DNA from: Candidatus Dormiibacterota bacterium
GTDB lineage: Bacteria; Chloroflexota; Dormibacteria; Aeolococcales; Aeolococcaceae
Direction: 5' to 3'
Length of the DNA: 64,000 bases
Assembly (NCBI GenBank): GCA_963718525.1
Contig: OY970355.1
Span: 1,216,001 to 1,280,000, forward strand
Positions 9,757 to 19,285 of this stretch are shown here, in pieces (position 1 is the first letter of the stretch; each line of letters begins with the position of its first letter). The notes beneath the pieces are model-generated. The model saw nothing but the letters and a program-made list of their open reading frames with translations, was not told where the DNA came from and searched no databases. Made by a program: the position numbers and the translations under genes.

Positions 9757-10278
9757 GTGGCTGGTGATCAGGCAAGCGAAGCCGACGACGAGATGCTCCG
9801 GGACTTTCTCCGCGGCCAGCGCGAATCGGTGCTGGCGATCGTCGACGGGCTCGACGAGGAGGCGTGGCACCGCTCCGTCGTGCCCACGGGCTGGACGCCG
9901 GCCGGACTGCTCGAGCATCTGGGCGGCGCCGAGTGGCACTGGTTCCAGGGCGTCGTGGCGGGCAAGGAGCCGGAGCTGCCAGGCGACCTCGCCGAGGATC
10001 AGCCGCCGTACGACCCCATGACCGTGGTGTTCACAACCGACGCGCCCTCGGCGGAGGTCGTCACGTTCTACCGCGACCAGTGCGTGCAGTCCGAGGCGGT
10101 GCTGGCGGCAACGCCATTGTCGGCGCGGCCGTTGGGTAAGCACGGGCTTGGCGAATTCGAACCACCGAATGTTCGTTGGGTCGTGTTGCATATGATCGAG
10201 GAGACTTCGCGGCATGCCGGGCATCTGGACATCGCGAGGGAGCTGCTCGACGGCAGGACCCGTCTGGGTGGCCGCTGA
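9757..10278 (+). CDS. DinB/DUF664 family protein
   Basis: LRDFLRGQRESVLAIVDGL, GLLEHL, RWVVLHMIEETSRHAGHLDIARELLDG; RBS AAGGAG then GTG. Confidence 0.88.
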   Translation: MAGDQASEADDEMLRDFLRGQRESVLAIVDGLDEEAWHRSVVPTGWTPAGLLEHLGGAEWHWFQGVVAGKEPELPGDLAEDQPPYDPMTVVFTTDAPSAEVVTFYRDQCVQSEAVLAATPLSARPLGKHGLGEFEPPNVRWVVLHMIEETSRHAGHLDIARELLDGRTRLGGR

Positions 10279-10314
10279 CGTGCCCAACGTCCTTATTTGT
10301 GAATGAATTTGGCG

Positions 10315-10390
10315 TGGTCCCAGGGGATGGAGTCGAACCATCGGTACACGGTTTTACAGACCGCTGCCTTGACCACTTGGCTACCCTGGG
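10315..10390 (-). tRNA. tRNA-Tyr(GTA), atypical: C1:G72, A73, 5-nt variable loop, CCA encoded
   Basis: Minus strand CCCAGGG-TA-GCCAAGTGGTCAAGGC-A-GCGGT-CTGTAAA-ACCGT-GTACC-GATGG-TTCGACT-CCATC-CCCTGGG-A-CCA (76 nt). Confidence 0.93.
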
Positions 10391-10464
10391 ACGTAGGATT
10401 CGGATGAGCGCTGCGCAATACCCCGGTAGACCCCGGCCTGCGCGCTTGGGATCCTGCGCCGGCA

Positions 10465-10494
10465 TTGCCTGCCAATAGTAGCCAGGACTATTGT
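10465..10494 (+). promoter_or_regulatory. Putative promoter and 7-7-7 palindrome upstream of the Mo-hydroxylase large subunit
   Basis: TTGCCT-N18-TATTGT; CAATAGT-AGCCAGG-ACTATTG at 10473-10493. Confidence 0.4.
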
Positions 10495-10501
10495 TCGTGC
10501 G

Positions 10502-12844
10502 ATGCAGCGGACGGCTTTGAGCAGCGGCCCATCGAATTCGGCGATGGAAACCGCCGGCCGGCACGACAAGAGCAAGGCCGTCAGAGCTCTGATGGGCCGC
10601 GGCCGGTTCATCGATGACATCCATCTTCCGGAAGAGCAGCACTGTTGCTTCCTGCGAAGTCCCGTGGCCAGGGGGAGGATTGTTGGTGTTGCACCTCCGC
10701 GGAGCGCGATTTCGGGAGTCACCTTTTTCACTGCCGCCACCTTCGGCGGGGATCTGTGGATGCCGCGCGGTCTGTACCGCTTCCCTGATCAAGTCGAAAT
10801 CCCGTTCCCCGCTCTTGCCGACGAGAGAGTTGCGTTCGTCGGGCAGCCTATCGCCGCGGTGCTCGCCTCCAGCCGTGCGCTGGCAGAAGATGCGATCGAA
10901 CAGGTGACTCTTGATATTGAGGAAGAGCGGCCAACCGTTCGTGCCCCATCTCCGGATGACGTGTTCGGATCAGTCCTTCCCATTGCGACACACGATGGAC
11001 CTGTCCAGGGCGTGCTGACTGCGAACTACGGCATGTTTGTAGCGAGGGAGTTTGGCGTCGGTGTGGTCAATGCGGACATCACCCTGGGCCGCGCCGCCGC
11101 CATGCCCATCGAGACCCGAGGCGTGCTCGCGGTCTTCGACGAACTCGAGGAATGCCTGACCGTGTGGCTGCCGACGCAGCTACCCAGTCTTGCGCGCACG
11201 TGGATCGCCGAGGCGCTGGGGATGCGGACATCCAATGTGCGCGTGATCGTCCCGGACGTGGGGGGATCGTTCGGATCGAAGTGGCATCTGTACCCCGAGG
11301 ACCTGGCTGTTGCGGCGATGGCCCGGGCGACTGGCAAGCCCGTGAGGTGGATCGAAGACCGTTACGAGCATTTCGTATCGACAGTCCATGCCCGCGAGCA
11401 GCGAACCATCATCTCCCTTGACTCCGACGACCAGGGGTGTCTTCGTGGAATCCGAAGCCGCGCGGTCGCTGATCAGGGCGCGTACTTCCATACGGCCGGC
11501 CCCGCGCCGTCTGCCAACTCGGTGTTTCTCGCGTCCGGCCCCTACCGAGTGCCGGTTGTGGACGCCGCTGTTGCGGTGTCCATCACCAACAAGACACCAT
11601 ATGGAGCCTACCGAGGCTTCGGTCAGGAGGCGGCCATCTTCGCGCTGGAACGCGGGATCGACCTTCTCGCTCGGGACCTCGGTGTCGATCCCGTCGCTCT
11701 GCGGCGCCGCAACCTCCTCAGACCCGACGAGCTTCCGTACAAGACTCCGACTCGCCAGGTCCTGGACTCGGGCGACTATGTACGGTGTTTGGACGTGGCA
11801 GCGGAACGAATCGGGTACGAACGCACAAGACCACGACCTCCCTTTCGGGGCGTGGGGATTGCGTTCTACGTCGAGAACACGGGCCTGGCCTCATCCAAGC
11901 AGGCTGCGAAAGCCGGGTGGACGACGCCGACTTTCGAAAGAGTCCGGCTCTGGCTCGAGCCCGATGGAGGCGTCGTGGTCGAATCCTGCCTCGTCGAAAT
12001 GGGTCAAGGCGTCGAGAGAACCCTTGCCCTGATCGCTGCAGCTCCACTGGGCGTCGACCCATCAATGATCGACGTACGGCTTGGAGATACGAGGAGTGGA
12101 GCGTTCAGCGCCTTCGGCACAGCCGCGAGCCGAGGCGTTGTCAGCGGTGGCGCAGCGGTCGAAACAGCCGCAGAACGGCTGCGGGACGAGGTCCTTCGCG
12201 CCGCGTCGATGCTCCTTGACGTGCCTGTGGACGCACTCACTCTCGCCGACGGCAGAGTCGTGGTGGAAGGTGATGCGAGTCGAAGCATCAGCCTATCGGA
12301 GGTCGCGCGCGCCTACTACGGCGTGCGGTCGACTGACCTCAGAGGGGTGGAGCTCGATGTGACGGTGACCTTCGAGTTGAAGGCACCGTCGTTTGGATAC
12401 GGCGCGCATGCTGCAGAAGTCGCCATCGACCCCGACACCGGGTTGGTGTCGATCGAGCGATATGTGGTGGTGCACGACTGCGGCGAGATGGTGGATCCGG
12501 CCGGCGTGGAAGGCCAGATCAGCGGTGGAACGGCACAGGGCATCGGTCAGGCGTTGATGGAGAGCTTGACGTACGACTCGAATGGCCAGCCCGGCGTTGT
12601 CTCTTTCATGGACTATCTGCTTCCCACGAGCGGCGAGTGTCCCAACATCGAGTTCTGCCACTTTTCCACCCCGTCTCCCTTCACGAAATCCGGGCGCCGC
12701 GGCATTGGAGAGTCGGGATGCGTCGGTGCTCCAGCCACGATCGTCGCTGCAGTCCAGGATGCCCTGCCACCGAACGCGCCATTTCTCACCGCGCTGCCAC
12801 TCCACCCCGCGCAGTTGCTCGCCATCATCAAAGAGTTCGGGTAA
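10502..12844 (+). CDS. Xanthine dehydrogenase-family molybdopterin-binding (large) subunit
   Basis: GRGRFIDD, PDVGGSFGSK, AYRGFG, EMGQG, GTAASRG, GQISGGTAQGIG, GIGESG; start may be ATG 10544. Confidence 0.93.
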   Translation: MQRTALSSGPSNSAMETAGRHDKSKAVRALMGRGRFIDDIHLPEEQHCCFLRSPVARGRIVGVAPPRSAISGVTFFTAATFGGDLWMPRGLYRFPDQVEIPFPALADERVAFVGQPIAAVLASSRALAEDAIEQVTLDIEEERPTVRAPSPDDVFGSVLPIATHDGPVQGVLTANYGMFVAREFGVGVVNADITLGRAAAMPIETRGVLAVFDELEECLTVWLPTQLPSLARTWIAEALGMRTSNVRVIVPDVGGSFGSKWHLYPEDLAVAAMARATGKPVRWIEDRYEHFVSTVHAREQRTIISLDSDDQGCLRGIRSRAVADQGAYFHTAGPAPSANSVFLASGPYRVPVVDAAVAVSITNKTPYGAYRGFGQEAAIFALERGIDLLARDLGVDPVALRRRNLLRPDELPYKTPTRQVLDSGDYVRCLDVAAERIGYERTRPRPPFRGVGIAFYVENTGLASSKQAAKAGWTTPTFERVRLWLEPDGGVVVESCLVEMGQGVERTLALIAAAPLGVDPSMIDVRLGDTRSGAFSAFGTAASRGVVSGGAAVETAAERLRDEVLRAASMLLDVPVDALTLADGRVVVEGDASRSISLSEVARAYYGVRSTDLRGVELDVTVTFELKAPSFGYGAHAAEVAIDPDTGLVSIERYVVVHDCGEMVDPAGVEGQISGGTAQGIGQALMESLTYDSNGQPGVVSFMDYLLPTSGECPNIEFCHFSTPSPFTKSGRRGIGESGCVGAPATIVAAVQDALPPNAPFLTALPLHPAQLLAIIKEFG

Positions 12845-12894
12845 TTGGGGCCATATTGAGCGCGGACATCGTGACTTCGGCGACAAAGCCGTCA

Positions 12895-13893
12895 ATGACG
12901 TCGCCGGAAGTGGTCGACAGCCACAGGCACTTGTGGCCGAGCGCCGACGTCCTTCCGCACGCTTTTGGCAGCTCACTCGCCAAGTACTTCGCATCCGCGG
13001 CGCGTGAATTGGGCCATGATGTCCGATGGCCAGCCTTCCGGGACGAGCTCGAGCGCCTCTGGGTCGATCCTGATGGAAGGCGAACCATTGACTCCATGGA
13101 CGACGCGGGCATATCGCGTTCGATACTGCTGGTCGGAGGGTTCCGCTTCGACGTGGATGACCCGACCGATACCTTCCAAGCCACCAACCAGCAGCTCGTC
13201 GAGCTGGCATCGCGATACCGCGGTCGGTTCACCGTGTTTTGCGGCACCCATCCCAGCTGTCGCGACGCTTCGGACAGACTCGCATCATGGCTGGACGCAG
13301 ACGGCGTGGTAGGAGGCGTCAAACTCGATCCGCTGGCCGGTAGGTACGAGATTGATGAGGATCGCATGATGCCGATCTACAGGGTGATCGCAGATCGGGG
13401 GCGACCGATCGTGATGCACTTGGGACCGCGGCCGGAGGATCCTGTCAGTGCATTTGCGAGGCCGGCTCGCCTCGCCAATGTGCTCACAGCGTTCCCGGAC
13501 CTCGCCGTTGTTGCTGCTCACGCGGGATTCGCCTGGTGGCGCGAGCTCGTCGACATGGCCGCGCTGCCGAATCTTCTGTGCGACGTGTCGGGCTTTCAGT
13601 GGACGGCGTCTGTCACTCCGATGAAGTTCGCGGTCATCCTCCGCCGCCTGATCGACGCCTTTGGCGAACGCCGGGTGCTCTTCGGAACGGACAGTCCCAC
13701 ATTCGACTATTTCATGCGGCCGGCGGAGTGGGTTGCGTTCCTGCGAGGTCTGCCGACGCGCGCAGACCTGCCGGTGCAATTCAGCGAAACTGAAGTCGAG
13801 GCGATCCTTCGATCGGGCAGGATCCTGCTCGGCGAGCACAACAACGATGACCATCTGGATGCAACTCCGCAACCACGCGAGAACGCGGAATGA
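12895..13893 (+). CDS. Amidohydrolase family protein (Amidohydro_2)
   Basis: VVDSHRH, VMHLG, AAHAG, RVLFGTDSP metal-binding motifs. Confidence 0.88.
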   Translation: MTSPEVVDSHRHLWPSADVLPHAFGSSLAKYFASAARELGHDVRWPAFRDELERLWVDPDGRRTIDSMDDAGISRSILLVGGFRFDVDDPTDTFQATNQQLVELASRYRGRFTVFCGTHPSCRDASDRLASWLDADGVVGGVKLDPLAGRYEIDEDRMMPIYRVIADRGRPIVMHLGPRPEDPVSAFARPARLANVLTAFPDLAVVAAHAGFAWWRELVDMAALPNLLCDVSGFQWTASVTPMKFAVILRRLIDAFGERRVLFGTDSPTFDYFMRPAEWVAFLRGLPTRADLPVQFSETEVEAILRSGRILLGEHNNDDHLDATPQPRENAE

Positions 13894-14300
13894 CTCGGCG
13901 AGTTGCCAACCCAAGCTGGCCGCGTTTTGAGCGAGTCACATACAGCGCAGCGGTCCTCGCGGGCGAGACGTGGATTCTTTCCGGAATCGGGAGCACGAGT
14001 CCGGATGGCGAGCTGCTGCATCCGTCAGACCTCGTCGAGCAGACGCGTCAGATCTACGCGAATGCCGCCGAGATCCTGCGTGCCGCCGGGACCGCGATGG
14101 AGTTGGTGGTGAAGACCGTCGACTACATCGTGCCCGAGGCGATTGACGACTACCACCTCACTCGGCACGTGCGGCGTGAGTTCTTCTCTCCGCCATATCC
14201 CGCCGCGACGGGAGTCGTCGTACACAGCCTGCTGCGAAAGGGGATGCTCATCGAGGTTGAGTTCTGGGCCACGGCGCAGGAAGGCGAGGCTCATACATAG
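13890..14300 (+). CDS. Rid (YjgF/RidA) family protein
   Basis: LSG..., EQTRQIYAN, VVKTVDY, PYPAATGVVV, LIEVE. Confidence 0.85.
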   Translation: MTRRVANPSWPRFERVTYSAAVLAGETWILSGIGSTSPDGELLHPSDLVEQTRQIYANAAEILRAAGTAMELVVKTVDYIVPEAIDDYHLTRHVRREFFSPPYPAATGVVVHSLLRKGMLIEVEFWATAQEGEAHT

Positions 14301-14333
14301 CCCAACAGCTGAAATCAACGACAGCTTGAGGGG

Positions 14334-15350
14334 TTAGGAGCTGATGCTCTCGGCCAACGTGCGCAGATTCTTTGGCGTGATGCTCTTGCTGAACAGCGGG
14401 CCAACGTACACCCGGTCCGCAAAATGGCCATAACGTTCCTTGATCCGCTCGCCGACTGAATCGTACCGGCCGATGACAGCGAAGGTGTCAAGCATCTCGT
14501 CAGTGATGTGTTCGGCGAGATGATCCCATTGCCCCGATAGCGACAGATCGTGCAGCACGTCCGAGACCTCGCCCCATCCTTCCATCTCGAGAGGCTTCCG
14601 ATAGGTGCGGGTGGACGAGTAGAAGGCGATCCGATATCTGACGAGTTCTCGGATCTGGCGCACTTCGTCATCGGTCTCTCCTACGCCGATGTAAGCGCCC
14701 CCGGTGATCACGATGTCAGAGCGACCTCGATTGCTTTTCGCCAATCCTCTGTCCAAAGCAGGAAGAATCACCTCGTCGGTGAATCGCTTGGTCACGGGTT
14801 CGGCGATGATCAGTCCATCGCTCAACTCTCCGGCCAGCTCACACATACCCTCGTTCAGACCGCCCGTATGAATTCTTGGTCCCGGCACACTCAGAGGTCC
14901 CGGATCAAAGTCCGGGGTCATGAGGTTGACCTTGTAGAACTTGCCGTCGAAGTCGAGGGGTTCACCTGTTTGCCACCGAGCCCACAACGCTCGAAGAACG
15001 CCGATGTACTCCTGCATACGTGGCTTCGGCGGAAACCATTCCATTCCGAAGCGGCGCTCAATGTGTCCTTTCACCTGCGTCCCCAGGCCGAGCTCGAACC
15101 TGCCGCCTGACATGTCCTGCAGATGCCACGCCTCGTAGGCTGCAACCGTTGGACTCCTGGGAAAAGCGATCAGGAGCGAGGTGACAATTCGCGCGTGGGT
15201 TGTCTTCCCGAGGGCCACGCAGGCCGCCAAGTCGGGCGGGCTCTTCATTTCATTGAAGGCGATCCCCGGAAGGTGAGCCTGCTCCACAAGCTCGCACAGT
15301 TCGCCCACTTCCGACAAGTGGTTGGGCCTTGCTTCCAGCCACAACTCCAC
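14334..15350 (-). CDS. LLM-class (probably F420-dependent) oxidoreductase
   Basis: AFPRSP..AY, SGGRFELGLGTQVKGHIERRFG, IAFYSSTRTY, typical of the F420-dependent LLM subfamily. Confidence 0.88.
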   Translation of the reverse strand: MELWLEARPNHLSEVGELCELVEQAHLPGIAFNEMKSPPDLAACVALGKTTHARIVTSLLIAFPRSPTVAAYEAWHLQDMSGGRFELGLGTQVKGHIERRFGMEWFPPKPRMQEYIGVLRALWARWQTGEPLDFDGKFYKVNLMTPDFDPGPLSVPGPRIHTGGLNEGMCELAGELSDGLIIAEPVTKRFTDEVILPALDRGLAKSNRGRSDIVITGGAYIGVGETDDEVRQIRELVRYRIAFYSSTRTYRKPLEMEGWGEVSDVLHDLSLSGQWDHLAEHITDEMLDTFAVIGRYDSVGERIKERYGHFADRVYVGPLFSKSITPKNLRTLAESISS

Positions 15351-15593
15351 CTTGATCAGCCTCCTTGGCCGCCCCGTTCACACAGGACGCACACGATTTC
15401 TCTACCGTTCGCGGCGCGCGCGAACTGCTCCTGCAATAGCTGCCCGTACCCTACAGCCGTGCGCTTGCGTGTGTCAATCGGAGCGGCTCCGTGAGCGCGT
15501 TGTGTGCAATGCAGGTCGACGCTTGTCCACGGGTCGCGCCGAGTGGCACCATGTGAACAGGGTCGACGTGTTAGACGAGTCCAAGGAGACGCC

Positions 15594-15776
15594 ATGCCGC
15601 TGATCACAGCCAAGTTCTACGAGGGAAGACTGAACGCTCAGACCGAGCCCAAGCTGGTGGAGGCGTTGACCGATGCCCTCGTGTCCGTCTTCGGCCCGGA
15701 GATTCGGGAGCAGACGTGGGTCGTCCTGGAAGAGACTCCGCGGCGGCGATGGGGTGTTGGCGGTCGTACATCCTGA
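15594..15776 (+). CDS. 4-oxalocrotonate tautomerase family protein
   Basis: 60 aa, N-terminal Pro (MPLI), C-terminal WGVGG, RBS AAGGAG. Confidence 0.88.
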   Translation: MPLITAKFYEGRLNAQTEPKLVEALTDALVSVFGPEIREQTWVVLEETPRRRWGVGGRTS

Positions 15777-15837
15777 GCACTCGAGTGCGCCGAGGCCCTG
15801 CGCTGGACGACTCAGGGTCATTCCGCGTCCGAATGGT

Positions 15838-17088
15838 TCAGATCTGACCGAGCAGTTCTTTGGGCGCCTCGATGTTCGCCCGAACGAAGCCGAGAAACTC
15901 GGCGGCTTCGCGTCCGTCGCAAACCCGGTGATCGTAGGCCAACGACAGGGTTACCACCGGTCGCGCGACGACTGACCCTGCAACGACCCAGGCGCGGTCC
16001 ATGATGCGACCAATACCGAGGATCGCCGCCTCCGGGTAGTTGATGATCGGCGTGGAGCCGTCGACGTTGAAGTTGCCGTAATTGTTCAGTGTGAAGGTCC
16101 CCCCGGTCAGCTGGCGCACGTTGAGGACACCGGTACGGGCACGCTCGACCGTGTCCGTCAGCTGCGTGCAGAGCTCCTCAGTCGTGAGCAGCTGCGCGTC
16201 GCGGACGACCGGCACGAGAAGGCCGTGCGAGGAGGCGACGGCGACACCGAGGTGAACACTCTCGTGCGGGACAATCGTGCCACTGTCGCCGTCGTAGCGT
16301 GCGTTCAGCAATGGGAACCTGGTAAGGCCGAGCACACAGATCCGGCCCAGTAATCCGAGCAGCGTGATGCTCGGATGAGTCGCGCCGGCGCTGAGTGCTG
16401 TCTTGGCCGCCAGCAATCCCGAGGCATCGACGTCCACCCAAACCGTGACATCCGGGATCTCGCGTCTGGATTGGATGAGCTTCGCAACGGCGGGCTTCGG
16501 TGGCATCGCCCCGCGCGCCGTCGTGTCTGCTGCGGGCAACGGCGGTCTCGTAGTTGCTGCTGCCGCGGCCTCGACGTCGCTGCGAAGGATCAGTCCATTC
16601 GGACCGCTTCCGGCAACGGTCGATAGCTTGATGCCGAGGTCACGCGCCAAGCGCCGGACGACAGGCGAGACGACGGCCGGTCCCGCCCCGCTGACAACCG
16701 CTGCCCCGAGCGGGTCTCGGTCTTTCCTCTCGTCGAATCGGCGCCGAGGGCGGGGGCCGTCGGACGGTGCCGACGCGGGCCCGAAGCCCACCAGTACGTC
16801 GGGGTGCGTTTCGGTTGGCATATCGTCAAGCGCATCTTCCATGGTCGTCACGAAGGACAGAAGCGCCGCGCCGACAGCCACCACGTCGCCGGGCTGCCAG
16901 TGCAGCGTCGCAATGGTGCCGGCGCGCGGACTCGGCAACTCAACGACAGCCTTGCTGGTCTCGACCTCGACGACTGGCTGATCGATTGCCACAGTGTCGC
17001 CCTCGTGAACAAGCCAGCGAACGATTCCCGCCTCAGCGAGCCCCTCGCCGAGGTCGGGGAGCAAGAATGTCTCCATCGCGCCGGTCAC
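15838..17088 (-). CDS. 2-oxoacid dehydrogenase E2 (dihydrolipoamide acyltransferase)
   Basis: Lipoyl domain LPDLGEGL...VETSKAVVELPSP, PSBD SPVVRRLAR..GSGPNGLI, catalytic DHRVCDG. Confidence 0.93.
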   Translation of the reverse strand: MTGAMETFLLPDLGEGLAEAGIVRWLVHEGDTVAIDQPVVEVETSKAVVELPSPRAGTIATLHWQPGDVVAVGAALLSFVTTMEDALDDMPTETHPDVLVGFGPASAPSDGPRPRRRFDERKDRDPLGAAVVSGAGPAVVSPVVRRLARDLGIKLSTVAGSGPNGLILRSDVEAAAAATTRPPLPAADTTARGAMPPKPAVAKLIQSRREIPDVTVWVDVDASGLLAAKTALSAGATHPSITLLGLLGRICVLGLTRFPLLNARYDGDSGTIVPHESVHLGVAVASSHGLLVPVVRDAQLLTTEELCTQLTDTVERARTGVLNVRQLTGGTFTLNNYGNFNVDGSTPIINYPEAAILGIGRIMDRAWVVAGSVVARPVVTLSLAYDHRVCDGREAAEFLGFVRANIEAPKELLGQI

Positions 17089-18071
17089 TGAGTCTCGTCG
17101 GTGAGTGACTCGGCAACGGCGGCGAGAATCCGATCCACGCTGGGTAGGTAATAGTGCTCCATCCGGGCGGGGGGGTACGGGATGTCGAAGCCGGTAACAC
17201 GGACGACGGGTGCGTGAAGGTAATAGAAGCAGTCCCGCTGAATGGCTGCCACCAGTTCAGCGCCGTACCCGCCAGAGACCGGTGCCTCGTGCACGACCAC
17301 CGCCCGCCCGGTGCGCCGCACGCTGGAGACAAGAGTCTCCGTGTCCAGCGGCGAAAGCGTGCGGAGGTCGACGACCTCCAACTGCCAACCCTCCGCCTGC
17401 GCGGCGTCCGCTGCCTCGAGCGCCGTTGCAACGGTTGGCCCGTAAGCGATGACCGTCGCGGTCCCGCCTTCGCGGAGGATGCGAGCCTGGCCGATGTCGT
17501 GCGAAGACCCGCGTTGCAGCTCGACCTCGGCCTTGCTCCAGTACTGTCGCTTCGGCTCGAAGAACACGACCGGGTCGGGATCGTCGATCGCCGCTCGCAG
17601 CAACGCGTACGCGTCTTCGACGGTACCAGGCGTCACGACCTTCAGCCCCGGAGTGTGTACGTAATACGCCTCAGATGACTCTGAATGATGCTCGACCGAG
17701 CCGATACCGCCGCCGTAGGGTACCCGGATAACCATCGGCAGTCCGACCCGACCTCGGGTTCGGTTTCGCATCTTGGCGACATGGGAGATGATCTGCTCGA
17801 GAGCTGGGTACGCGAACGCGTCGAACTGCAGCTCGACGACGGGACGGAATCCGTACATCGCCATGCCGACCGCCGTGCCCACGATTCCAGCCTCCGCAAG
17901 GGGAGTGTCGAAGCAGCGCTCAGAACCGAACTCAGCGGTGAGGCCGTCGGTAATTCGAAAGACGCCACCGAGGGGTCCCACATCCTCGCCGAAGACAAGG
18001 ACGTTCGGGTCCTCACGTAACGCGTCTCGGAGCGCCGCATTGAGGGCGCCGGCCATCGTCATGGTGGTCAT
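17085..18071 (-). CDS. 2-oxoacid dehydrogenase E1 beta subunit (BCKDH/PDH type)
   Basis: GEDVG..GGVFR, FDTPLAE, ELQFDAF, EHHSES, DPVVFFEPK. Confidence 0.94.
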   Translation of the reverse strand: MTTMTMAGALNAALRDALREDPNVLVFGEDVGPLGGVFRITDGLTAEFGSERCFDTPLAEAGIVGTAVGMAMYGFRPVVELQFDAFAYPALEQIISHVAKMRNRTRGRVGLPMVIRVPYGGGIGSVEHHSESSEAYYVHTPGLKVVTPGTVEDAYALLRAAIDDPDPVVFFEPKRQYWSKAEVELQRGSSHDIGQARILREGGTATVIAYGPTVATALEAADAAQAEGWQLEVVDLRTLSPLDTETLVSSVRRTGRAVVVHEAPVSGGYGAELVAAIQRDCFYYLHAPVVRVTGFDIPYPPARMEHYYLPSVDRILAAVAESLTDETQ

Positions 18072-18073
18072 CG

Positions 18074-19150
18074 TCAGTCGCCCGTCGCACGCAGTTCGTC
18101 GAGCAGCTGTGCGCGCTGGCGCAGCAGTGGACGTGTTGGGCTCGCGTAGACGTGCTCGAACAGCTCGGCTGGATCGAGGGACGGCTCCTGCTGCATCCGC
18201 TCGCGCACCTCGCCGGCGAGGGCTTCGGCCTCGACCATCAACTCGTCGTGCAGTCCATCGTTGAGCAGTCCGGCGCCCCGCAGGTACGTTTCGAGTCGCT
18301 TGACCGGGTCCAGGCGTCGCCACGAGTCCACCTCTTCGTCGGACCGATATCGGGAGGCGTCATCAGTATTCGTGTGGGGCTCGATGCGGTAGGTGATCGC
18401 TTCGACGACACTCGGTCCCTGCCCTTGACGGGCGGCAGCCAGCGCGGCCGCCAATACCGCATGCACGGCCGTGATGTCGTTGCCGTCCACCGTGTGCCCA
18501 TCCATGCCGTATCCACGCGCCCGCTCCGAGAGCGACGTCGCATGCGTCTGCCTGGAAACCGGCACGCTGATGGCGTAGCCGTTGTTCTGGATGAAGAACA
18601 CGACCGGAGCCTGAAAGACGCCTGCAAAGTTGAAGGCCTCGTGAGTGTCGCCTTCGCTCGTCGCGCCGTCGCCGAGGAGAACGATCACCGCGAGGGCGTC
18701 GCCCTTGAGCCTGGCCGCATACGCGAGGCCAACCGCGTGGGGGATATGCGTGGCGAGCGGGCTGCACTGCGGGGCGACCCGGGTCGCATAGGGATCGTAT
18801 CCGGTGTGCCAGAAGCCGCGGGTGTAGCTGAGCACCTCGACTGGGTCAACACCGCGCGCAAATACCGCCACAGAATCGCGGTACGTCGGGAACAGCCAGT
18901 CCTCTGCCTGCAACGCCATTGCCGCACCGACCTGGCAGGCTTCCTGGCCGCGTGACGCAGCATAGACGGCGAGGCGTCTCTGCCGCGCGAGGATGGTCGC
19001 CTGCTCGTCGAAGCGGCGCCCCAGAAGCATCTTGCGGTACATCGCCAGCATGAGGTCGCCGGAGGGCAATCGTGCCTCGTTCACTGCGCGCCCGTGCTCG
19101 TCGATCAACTGGATGAGGCTCCGTTCCGGCGCCTGCGCGATCACGACCAT
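18074..19150 (-). CDS. 2-oxoacid dehydrogenase E1 alpha subunit (BCKDH/PDH type)
   Basis: GQEACQVG, PTYRD, ThDP motif GDGATSEGD...QNNGYAIS, YRIEPHTNTDD. Confidence 0.94.
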   Translation of the reverse strand: MVVIAQAPERSLIQLIDEHGRAVNEARLPSGDLMLAMYRKMLLGRRFDEQATILARQRRLAVYAASRGQEACQVGAAMALQAEDWLFPTYRDSVAVFARGVDPVEVLSYTRGFWHTGYDPYATRVAPQCSPLATHIPHAVGLAYAARLKGDALAVIVLLGDGATSEGDTHEAFNFAGVFQAPVVFFIQNNGYAISVPVSRQTHATSLSERARGYGMDGHTVDGNDITAVHAVLAAALAAARQGQGPSVVEAITYRIEPHTNTDDASRYRSDEEVDSWRRLDPVKRLETYLRGAGLLNDGLHDELMVEAEALAGEVRERMQQEPSLDPAELFEHVYASPTRPLLRQRAQLLDELRATGD

Positions 19151-19285
19151 CTTGCGTCCACCCCTACAGGACTTGACGACGACTGTGCTGCACAAGTGTG
19201 TGAGCGTCGAGGGATTTTATCGCGCGGCTCTGTGGCGTCGCAGGTCGACTGTCCATGTCGACGCCTCCCGATACGGAGGGAATCT

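Noticed and set aside
10502-12844. Aerobic CO dehydrogenase (coxL)
   Set aside because: The active-site loop is AYRGFG, not AYxCSFR or AYxGAGR, and no cox accessory genes are present.
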